From: Ophelia neglecta
Taxonomy: Eukaryota
Direction of reading: 5' to 3'
Assembly: GCA_965285935.1 (NCBI GenBank)
Contig: OZ260662.1
Location: 34,968,001 to 35,032,000, forward strand
Length of the DNA stretch: 64,000 nucleotides
Shown here: piece by piece, positions 53,931-64,000 of the stretch
How positions within the stretch are numbered: position 1 is the stretch's first letter
How the letters are laid out: each line of letters begins with the position of its first letter
Made by a program: the position numbers and the translations under genes
The notes under the pieces: generated by a model
Database searches by the model: none
What the model was told of the DNA's origin: nothing
What the model saw: only the letters and a program-made list of their open reading frames with translations

Positions 53931-55824
53931 CTTCTGCATGCCAGCAGATCAAAGAGAGATCAGACGCCTTGGTAACTCGCCCCAACAGGAACAATTAGGA
54001 AGCAGTGGCCTCATGCGATATGGTGGTCAGCGCCCACATCAAACACATGCTTTCTGCGGACAAGGTCATACTAAACCCCTGATCTGCAAATATCAGAAGG
54101 CTTGAATCTTAAGAATCCCACTCCTGGGTCTATAGTCCATATAAATGGTAATGCAATATTCGGCAAAATGAAGAATTGAAAAATGGTTAAGTGGGCGAAC
54201 TAAACCAATTTCATGTGATGAAAAAAATTATCAGGATTAATTTCGAACGCAGAGTTATAAGATGAATTCATTTTTAGACCGACCACTCCCGAAAATTCGC
54301 TTTTAGAAAATTACATGCAAAAGCAATATATTATTATAAAGATGTTAAAGTCAGCGGTTTCAATATTGCGTCGGCTGTGCTGTATGCCCCATACGTTTAT
54401 TTTTTAATTAGCTAACGTTTGTGGTTAGGATTTTGATTACTCCTCTCACAGCTGACTCTATTCCTGGGTAATGGGCTCCCTCGGGGGAACATGCAGAATA
54501 TGCCCTTTAGTTCTTTAAGCCAAATAAAAAAATTGCGAGGGAGCATTACGGCCAACCATCAGCTATTTTGCCCATCCTGTGGGCATGGATGTGTTAAAAT
54601 GAACCGTTAAGGAATGAGTCAAATTCCGAGTAGAAACTTAGAGCTCTCGCAGGCGGCGGTGACGAATTCAATCTTCTAAACGTACCTGCATGTACCTCAA
54701 ATTTTTATTATCCCATGGCTATATTTGTTCTTGTATGTTGGTTATGTCTTTTGATTTCCTGGTTCTCAAAATTATTTATTGAAGTGCTGCTCTGGGCGCT
54801 GCTTTAAGAGAACCTTCTTTTTCTGTCTGTTACACCCTTATATTCATGCACGCCATGCGCCCCCTTTCGATGGAAGAGACCAGTTAGGGACTTTCAAACT
54901 ATGATTTAAGTATACCAAAATTTCACTCCATGATGGCTATCATGGACAGAGACCAACAAAGTTTGGAGCCAGCTGGCCCTAAATAGCATACTGAATAATC
55001 CCTAAAAGAGGTTTCTGCGGGAGGCCCCCTACTTAAAAAATCACGGTTCTAAATATCGCCGAGGCCGGAAAATGTGCGTCTATAAATGTGAGTGCCATCT
55101 GTCGGGAGTGTGTTGCAAAAAAGTACGCGTTAAATAGACTCGAAACGCCAAAGCTAAGGGTGTCGAATTATTTTCATCGTTTCATTTCGCACATCAAAAA
55201 AAGCGGCAGACGAGTCATTTGAAATTAGAAAAACATTTTAAAATCCTCTAAACATTAAACTATCGTGGTAACGAGCCCTAGTTTTGCGATTTATTTCTCT
55301 TCACAATGTGGAAAATACAAGGCTGACCTATTTCTTTGAATTAAATATTAATTGTGATTTATTTTGTCTAGTGAGGTGTCACTCTATAAGGATTAGGTCC
55401 CTGGTGCATGTTGTAAAACAACAACGTGTTATGAAAGAGAGCAAAGAATCGACCAAGACCCATGTATTCCTTAAGGGGATGGGGCTTATAATCTCTCCTA
55501 ATCCTTGTTGAAAAATCAAGAAAAGTATTAACTGTATACGTGACATGAGTGGCCAACTTTTCGAGATCGATACCAGTGTCTTACATTTTTAATGTGAGAT
55601 GCGACCGCTAAAAAAACTGCTGTTGACTTAATAAACCTTACAGTTTACAACATTTATTATAATTATAACCAAGGAATCTATGAAGATAGCCATTTAACAA
55701 AACTGGTGTTCAACTCTTTGTCCATGGCAAGATATTTCATGATTTGTACATTTTTAAACATATCATTATTTAGAGTCTCGTTGTTTAACTGGTTTCTAAA
55801 GAAGTATAATGTCTTCTTTTTCAG

Positions 55825-56030
55825 AGTAAGCCCCTTGTTCTACTGGCTAAACCTGGCGGTGCTTACCTAAAATGATGAGGACTTTTTTCAAACGGATATT
55901 TTCAAATGACTGTGAAAGTGTAGCATTCGAAATGGATTATAACTCGGATAGTATAAAGAATCTAATTCAGAACTCTACACGGGACGGAGGAGATGTCGTT
56001 TTCTCCTTGACCAATATATCTTTGCTTCCG
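55825..56030 (+). other. Candidate exon with canonical splice sites; product unknown (possibly another Ig C2 remnant)
   Basis: Acceptor tcttctttttcag| and donor CCG|gtaagt. A 53-codon frame runs from ATG 55872 to the donor. Confidence 0.3.
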
Positions 56031-56373
56031 GTAAGTCAGCAAGCTCTACTTTCATAGCATGAATAACCCTGGCACTTATATTTTCATGATTTCTTTCAGT
56101 TCAGAAATAGATCTATACTACCAGGAACAAATAAAACCGAAGATCAAGAGACCTGGGCGGTTAAATTGATATTATCTCATGGCTCGTTGGTATATTCATG
56201 ATTCCACAGGATATCCTTTGCAGTGTGCAGCATTTGATTATTTCCATTTATCATGAAACAAGTAATTACGACACTGCGCAATCGCAATCGGACGGCCTTG
56301 TCTCGGGCAATTACCATATCTCTAGATCACCTTTATTGATTGGACTCGATGTCCCTAATCAATCATTTTTCAG

Positions 56374-56930
56374 GTAGTCGAGTACTCCGATCAAATGATA
56401 AGAACAACTCTGATTTATACCTTGATTATAGGAGATGGCTGGTTGCAACTAATGCTACTCCGATTCTGATTTGCGATAAATTGCTCAAAGGGGTGTCGGA
56501 TATGGAGCGAAACAGGCGGCCAAAGCAACATTTTACTCATTTGTAGTTGGCAGCCCATGCGAAACTGCAACAATATCTAGAGAAGCCGATCGCACGCAAG
56601 CTGCCGGAAAGCGCCAAGTTGACGCGTTTATTGCATTTGTCTTCGCGTGTTCTACCCTAGTTTACCAAGGCTTCCCTGATCCATTGCATGAAACCCATCA
56701 GCAGACTTCCAGGGGACTTCAACCGCGTTTTATTGGTTTATAACCATTACATGGAAGCCCATCTGGCGCATGTCATTTCCAACCGGAAGTCGTCAAGGCA
56801 CTGCCTTAGTGTAGGCCGCTATATGCTGATGTGTTGTCAGTGTTTTCTAAACCTAATTACAGTAATTCCAGGTTCCTTCATCCTGGCGTTCAATAAGATA
56901 ATTGTACATCATATTTTGCCTTTGTCGTGA
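56374..56930 (+). pseudogene. Decayed Ig V(+C2) exon
   Basis: Phase-1 acceptor catttttcag|gt, then YRRWL..PILI..PESAKLTRLL in one frame with one stop. Confidence 0.4.
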
Positions 56931-58013
56931 GTGCTCTAAATTCATAATGTGGATAAGATGCCTCATAGACTTGCTCATGTATTACCTACTACGCGTGGCT
57001 GTCTTTGTCGTTGTATATAGCGATGCGCCTATATGTCAACAGCAGATTAACCTCAACCATACGCCATTAACCTGAAGCTTGCCTCAAAATTGGCAATGAT
57101 TCTCAATTTTTCGAGCATATGGTCTGGTTCAGGGCATCTTTCCCCAGACCTATAAAATTCCCTAACCCTATTAGTTGAACTTCAATGATTAGTCCGGAAA
57201 TCAGATATATTCTCAGAGAGTTTGCATTCTACTCGATATACGCAATATTGACTTGTCTGTGTTTGTCTTCGTGCTGAATGTTAGGCGAAGATCACGTCTG
57301 GCTATTCACACAAGATTTGTCTTGATTTGACCGGCCTATAATGATCACTTAAGTTGCTGCGGCAGTCCGCCAGACATGGCTTGTTGTCTTCAACTTGGCG
57401 TGGCCTCTCCATTTGCGGGGCAGTGTCCGCTATCCTACAAAACGTACCATATAAACATGACCGAAATTAGTGGGTAACAAAATTGAGCTATCAGAGTTTC
57501 AATGGACCAACAAGCTAGTGTCTGGAGCATTCTTTATTGATACAATGCATCTTACTTTACATGTTAAGTCTCTTTTACTTGAAGAGATGCAGGTAAAGTT
57601 CCCAGGCTTTTACACAATCACTCTCCCAATTTCATAAAGTTTTGAATAAAAGCTCCTTCTTGGAGTCCCGTGGTGAAGGATTACAGCCCTGAAAGGGGCC
57701 CGGGAGCCCTTTGCCATACGCCTGTCTTAACATCAGACAGGTCAAGACAATTTTATATCATCTTATTTCAAAATATTTGCTGCCGTCTCTGCGTAAGTAC
57801 AAGTTTGCTTGTATCCGATAGGGTATGGTGATTCTTTTGATACATCTGATCCATGTCTGACCATTTTAAATGGCTAATTCTACCACTCTAGGGGTCTGCC
57901 TTTGTACGCTTCTTGCTTTGAATTACAGAGTAGAGAGTCTTAATGCAAAACGCAATTCAATCTCTTTCACTCGTGGATGAATATATCAAATGGAATATAC
58001 AATTGGTTTCTTT

Positions 58014-58229
58014 TCAATAACTATAACAGATTGCTTTAGCATGGTGCTTTAGGCTAATCTTCAAAATAAACATCGACATAACAGCAACAACTACTGAAAG
58101 CAGGGTTACTTTCTTCAATGGTACACTCTTAAGATGTGTCCAAGCCGAAAAAATGTCATCGCTCATCTTGGAATATGTACTAATATGAAGCGAAATGGGA
58201 AAATATTGATACTTTATTGTTACTCTCAA
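58014..58229 (-). pseudogene. Possible decayed Ig region
   Basis: ISLHIS..SDDIFS, then LKISLKHHAKAIC. Confidence 0.25.
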
Positions 58230-58329
58230 CAGAAATCTATGAAGGAAAGACTGTCACAATTCTTTGTCATCAGCTCCAGCCCATGAGCAACTAAGCTGAA
58301 AATAATTCATCTAATTCTCCATATTTCAG

Positions 58330-58767
58330 GCGATGGGAGTAGGCAATTTCATATGGCATGTCTGTATTATTGGACTGTCTCTATTGTATTTGCTTTCCAA
58401 TCCGTGTGAATTGCAAATAAAAGATCCATATTCATCATGCAAATAGGCCTGTACATATTTAAAAAAATAACTTATTAGTACAATGTATGGATATCAACAC
58501 CGTCTGGGTCTGTGCTATGATCCTGTGCTACCTGAGTCCTATTCTGATGAGTTATTTAAAAATGTTATCAAGCAGTATGCAATCACATATCATATAGCAA
58601 CTTTTCAAGATGGCTCAAAACGATTGCATTTGCAAACTTTGCGAGTAATTGTTGTTCCCATTTCATTAGCATTCTTTGGATCGATAGTACTTGGGATGAT
58701 TGCTGAGCTTGGTGAGAACAATACCTCTCCAGACGATGTTTGTATGTGGTCAAAAAGACCCAATTAG
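58330..58767 (+). pseudogene. Decayed coding exon (about 145 codons, two internal stops), possibly Ig
   Basis: Acceptor atatttcag|, then a single frame FIWH..ELQIKD..*ACTY. Confidence 0.3.
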
Positions 58768-60899
58768 TATGGTTCTGCATATTTTACTAGTTACTAGACT
58801 CTCAAGTCCAAACGTCTGAAGTATCCATATTCATGTTGATATCTAATCTACACCATACACTCAGTAAGACGTTGTATTTGCTCAGACGACAGGCACAAAG
58901 ACACAGAGGGGATCGAATTCGTGGTTCAAATGTATCGGCCACTGCTATTATTCTCGTGTCTTTCTACCAGTAATTGGTATACAGAGACTTGCCTTCACTG
59001 CCGTCAAAAATTAACATATATTAAATAGACGGGAAGCGATTTTTCTTTGCCTTTGCGCCTGTAATTTGCTCGACGATTAAAAGAAAACAAACTGAGCGCT
59101 GCCAAAGTGTGATCCTTTTCCGGTGAATAGTGAGAAATGTCAACAAATGCTAATGCCAAGTCTACCCCAAGGTGAAACCTTAATGTACAACAACCTCCCC
59201 CTCCCCGACCACTGTAAAACGCCACACCCACCCGGGACCCCGACGCACTTAGCCTAGGAGATAGCCAGGCAAGATGGTTCCCCTGCCAAGATGGCTCACT
59301 GGCATTTTAACACATTTAATTGAGAGATATCGAGACCCAACATGTAACTGGCGCTCATTGTCTTCGGTTTATTATTTACAGTTTAATACCTTCCACGTGT
59401 GCTTACCGTATTTATATAAGGAGTCATAACAGACCTTTTTGTGAAAATTATAATGTTTCCAGGATCACGTAGTTTAGATATTTTTGAAACATAAAAATCA
59501 GAGCATTTCTACCAGGCATAACGAATCATAGGGCTCAGTGTCACGCATGCGCACGATGATAAAGGAACCGATTGTAATTCTGTGAATCTTTCAAAGGCAT
59601 TAAGCGTTATATTTGAGCAATGTTTGTGTCTAGATATAATTCAAATTTAGTATGTCATCTTCCGATGCCAAATTTTATCGTATTAGGGCAGGTCGGAAAT
59701 ATAGTATTTACAGGCAACAATTTTAGTCTGTTTCTAACTTATTCATCCTGCCCGAGTTTCCCCTGGAATCCAGCCTAATTGGATACCCAATTCGCGGGCT
59801 ATTCGAATTCTATCTGACATGTGCCTAAGCAGGAGAATCCACCCATGCATGCATGGTCAATTAACAATTTTGGCTCCTCTTTTCCCTTTCCTGCCCAACA
59901 TAGAAAAAAGAACCGGGAGATAAACAACACGAAATCAATTTCTGACGAAATATAGCTAGATTGGTAATTATATACCTCTTCCAAGGTTTTATTATTCTGC
60001 GATTGCATGATATTTGCTCAACAGGACAAGACCATATGGCTTGTAATTTCTTTAAAAGCTTGATAGCTCAAGCTAATGAACTATGAATATATCGATGTCA
60101 CAAGCAAAAAAGGTAAATATTAAAACAGAAGAGTAGAATAAAGCAGCTTAGTCAGCAAGCTGTTGATACTCGTTAGCCGCTGGCAGTGGTATTATCAGAT
60201 TAGGGTTGGGCGTATTATGAACGTTGGGGTGGATTATCTTGGATTACACCGAAGCACTCGGTAAATCTGTAACAGTCACTCTGGCCCTCCCGCAGGGCAT
60301 TATAACGAGTATTTTCGCACCCTCGACCCTTGTTTTGCTCGAGTCTGACACAACATTGTGTCTCCCCGCGGAGTGAGCGAGCCGACTGCCTCCCTCATCT
60401 CGCTTCCCTCACAGCCTCTAATCGTGACAGCCTAGCGCGGACGATTAATTTCAATTTCCATATTGTCGTCTGTCAAGAGCACCGATTCCCGCGATTATTT
60501 TGGTGATTATCTACTAGCTGCTGGCCGAAGCTACATGGACTGGAGGGTACTGGAGGGGAGGAGAGGCGGGAAAGAGCGATTATCTCCCCGGGCGAGTGAG
60601 CACTCCTCCCGGGGCAGACCGCCTCTGCGACCCGGGATAATCAACTCATAATGGACGATAATTTACAACAATTGGATTGCCCCCGCCTCGCGGCAGACAA
60701 CAAATCTCGACCAAGACCGAGTGTTTCTCTTGCTCTGTTAACTATGTCAGTCAGCATCATTCATTGTTCTATGCTTAAACATATATGAATCAAATGCTCG
60801 GCCAAATGTTATTTAACTAATCTTACTAGACAGAGATTGTTTCAGTGGAGTTGTATCATGATAAACAATTTCTTTTCTGTTTTACTGATTCCTTTAATG

Positions 60900-61152
60900 T
60901 CTTTAAGTGTCCAGAATATGACCTTGCTCTAAGCCAGGGTGACCTTTGTTGTTAAATCTGAGTTTCCGCTGTTGCCTTGTTGTCTGTATACTTCTTTCAT
61001 CCTTGCGCCATGACCTACATATAATTGTTCTTTGTACCAAGGATGACCGCTTGTTGATGGGGCAGGCCGGTTCCAAGAGAACACAAAACATCATGTTGGT
61101 ACATTGTAAATATTTATCATGTCATTGTCAGCATTATCAACACGGAATATAC
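60900..61152 (-). pseudogene. Decayed Ig V-type domain
   Basis: CFVFSW..HPWYKEQLYVG..GNSDLTTKVTL, behind a weak phase-1 acceptor. Confidence 0.35.
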
Positions 61153-64000
61153 CTGTACCATCATAATTAGATAATCACGATAAATCAAGTCCTGATGCGG
61201 GTAGGCAGTTATTGTTCCTGGATATTCAGCTGTCGGTTTTTAAGGAGATTTCCCCTTTTTACCCTGAAGCAAAATTTTACTATCCGAAATAAAAGAAAAA
61301 ATTAATAGCAGGGCTGAGGTTCATGGCCTTTATCCATTTTTCAAAAAAAGTGTGTAGTTTATCAACAATGGTACATTCTGAGAGCATTATTAATGGTTTA
61401 CTCAAACATGATAGCTCAAGGCCTAGGTTACCATATTTTCCTATGTAACACTGAGCTCTGCCTATCTATTTCTCTAGGACTATATCACAGCTTGATTCTT
61501 TGTTCTCTGCCAACGGTTCCAGGTTCAATGAAATAACAGTTAATTTAATTTAACCATGGCGATGAGACAAAATAATGTCATTGACTCTTTTATAAAGACC
61601 AATTTCAAAAACATAGGTGGTGCTTATGCTGATATTAAAGATAGGACTATAAGCTTTTAGCCTAAATACCTAATTTTACTTAAATTGGCTAGAATTCAAG
61701 ATGTTATTTTATGTGGCCTCCTTAAGTATAAGGTCACAACTATTTACTTTACGAAATTACAAACTATGCATATATAAGAAAGATATATTTTGTCCAATTA
61801 TCTAATGTGAAAGAATATGAGACTTAAGACAGCCCAGCAAACCGGCGGTGTTTATGAGTCTTCAGAGGGTAATGAATCACAGACAAGTAGGCCTATAAGG
61901 CTGTATTTCTTCGTCCTTTTTCCTACCAAAGGAAGCACATTGTAGCGTGCAGGATGAGGATTCAACATATGAATTCTGGAATACTAATTTAAAATGACAA
62001 GTAAATTGTCATTTTTTAATTGGCAGACTGTTTTTTTTAGCTTGACGACGGATAGACCAGCCTTGGGCTAAATTGTGCACGTCATAATTGAATATACTCA
62101 CAAACTTAGTTTTGCCTCGTTTTCAGTCCTTTCATGTTTGCGTGCCCCGCCAGTCACTTGATGACATACAGCCTGTCCACTTTAATAATTTTCATAGAAT
62201 CTTCCGCTTTTTTTGGTTGTGATTACTTATAGGCAGAACAGCCTAAGAAGTAGATTGGTTCTCTTGAAAAAATGGACAAATCAAGAAGGCAGCTTCCCTG
62301 CTAAGCATGTAGATATGGGAGCTAGACGCCAATGGCTAAGTATATTTGCTCGTGGATAATTTTAATTTCCCTAATGCATTGTTGCATGCTTCACCACCAT
62401 TTGAAAGTGTCAGAGGCAAACAGTGAACTATTTTAGAGGATTTCCTCTTATAATTAATGAAAATGACACTAACTTGGAAGTAAACTTGGGAGATGGAGGA
62501 TGACGGAAATTTTTAACTCGGGCATTGACCAATCTGACATCCACACATATTTCACGCCCTTATACAAACACCTCATTGTACAATTTCAATAATGTTGAAA
62601 ATTATTAATGAGTTTTGCCCCGCTGTTGGGTTTTCTTTAAAAGAAGCACAGCCTGGTTGCTGAAAAACGGGTGAAAACTAATATTTGAACAGTCAGCCCC
62701 CGCACCTGCTACAGAGCTGGTAAATGGTACTACCGAAACGTGGAATCCATGTACTACTAACTGTCAAAGTGGTAATATGGATTCAGACATGGCATCCTAG
62801 TGCTTTTATTGACAAAAGTGTTCTGCTATTTTTTGTGCGTTTGTGATTAGAACTGTGCGAAGATGAATTCATGTGCAGTACATTTTTATCTTGATTGGCA
62901 TGATCATTAGTATACTTGGTGGTTTTTTACCTGCCATTGACTTGCATATTAATATAGGCATATGTCCTATCCATGTTTATCCTCATAATTCATCTGCTGG
63001 CACTTGTCGTATATGATGTGCCAAGCAGATATTGATTAATACAATCATTATACCTTAAACTCGAAAAATTCATAGTTCAGATATACATCCCTGTTCCATA
63101 TATACATGTCCCTTGTCATTACTAAATCACAGCTTCATGTTTGAAATTTGAATTTAGATTACTAGTTAACCCACATGCACAAGCTTTATAATATGATATA
63201 TGTATGCAAAGACCTACCGGTACCACACGACTACTTAGGTCTACTAATTAACAATGCCTTCAACCAAGTCAGCGATTTAAAAACGAAAAAATGCCCTGAG
63301 TAAATGCACTCATGGATCTGGTGTACCTGCTTCTATCTGTCATTCGAGAGGCATAAGTAAACAAGTAATAATCTTAGTTAAATAGTGTATTACACCATGG
63401 CCAGTGTATTTGCTAGTCGGTTTATTTACATAAGTAAATAAGATAACTTGTAAGCTACAGGTGCAAAGTTATTAGATTTACATAGATTTATTCATTCACA
63501 AGATTGTTTACTTATCATTTGCTTATGCTACTATCAATCTCAGAAACTGGTTTCCCAGAAACGACATTTTTGTTTAAGTTTCACTAAAATATTTTCATCC
63601 GCAGATTAAATGCCCTACATACTGGAAACTATTCAACCCCGTATTCAATAATTCCATGCATTCTGCTAGTACAGAAATATTAATAACAATCTATTACATG
63701 TACTATCAGCTGCTATTCGTTGTCTGATGTGAGGATGATAATAAATCGCCTCTGAATATGTTATGTTGCCAGCCACGGGCGGCAAATTTAATGTGGCGTG
63801 CCATATAAGGCTGGTGAACAGTTCGGCATGTGCGTAGTTCGGCATTTAGGCAATTTTGATGCCAGTAGGCCTAGACATGATGCGAGGACACCTTAATCAA
63901 TTTCTCCTGCTTTATGCTCCGGGGTTGCCGACAAGCTTGGGATTTCGAACAATCAACTGCGTGGTAGTTGGTATTGATTCGCAAATAAATTCCCAAATAG

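Noticed and set aside
58330-58446. Signal peptide of an intact receptor gene
   Set aside because: Two in-frame stops follow within 10 codons of each other; treated as a decayed exon instead.
1-64000. Hox-cluster identity (homeobox exon, miR-10/miR-993)
   Set aside because: Suggested by Hox-type binding words, but I found no WFQN-coding exon and no mature miRNA sequence by eye.

Overview
AT-rich (roughly 40% GC, by eye) animal genomic DNA with a 276-nt assembly gap. An invertebrate deuterostome such as an echinoderm or sea cucumber is my guess, and it is inference only. I find no intact protein-coding gene, RNA gene, CRISPR array or transposase/RT ORF. The main signal is hidden in the short, apparently random ORFs. 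When frames are joined across stops and frameshifts, about 35-40 separate 300-700 bp segments on both strands read as heavily decayed immunoglobulin-domain exons. The typical layout is a V/I-set domain followed by a C2-set domain, with B-strand Cys, C-strand Trp, D-x-G/A-x-Y/F-x-C and SAxLxV..P..PxC motifs, often behind a phase-1 splice acceptor. These 'Ig ghosts' alternate with GC/CpG-richer non-coding islands that carry developmental transcription-factor motifs. The window also holds the 3' part of a probable Helentron-associated (HINE/DINE-1-like) element, three degenerate minisatellites, a foldback hairpin and an over-represented TAGGCCTA palindrome. All Ig calls are by-eye motif recognition and need a frameshift-aware HMM search with shuffled controls. 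Boundaries are approximate unless a splice site is quoted.
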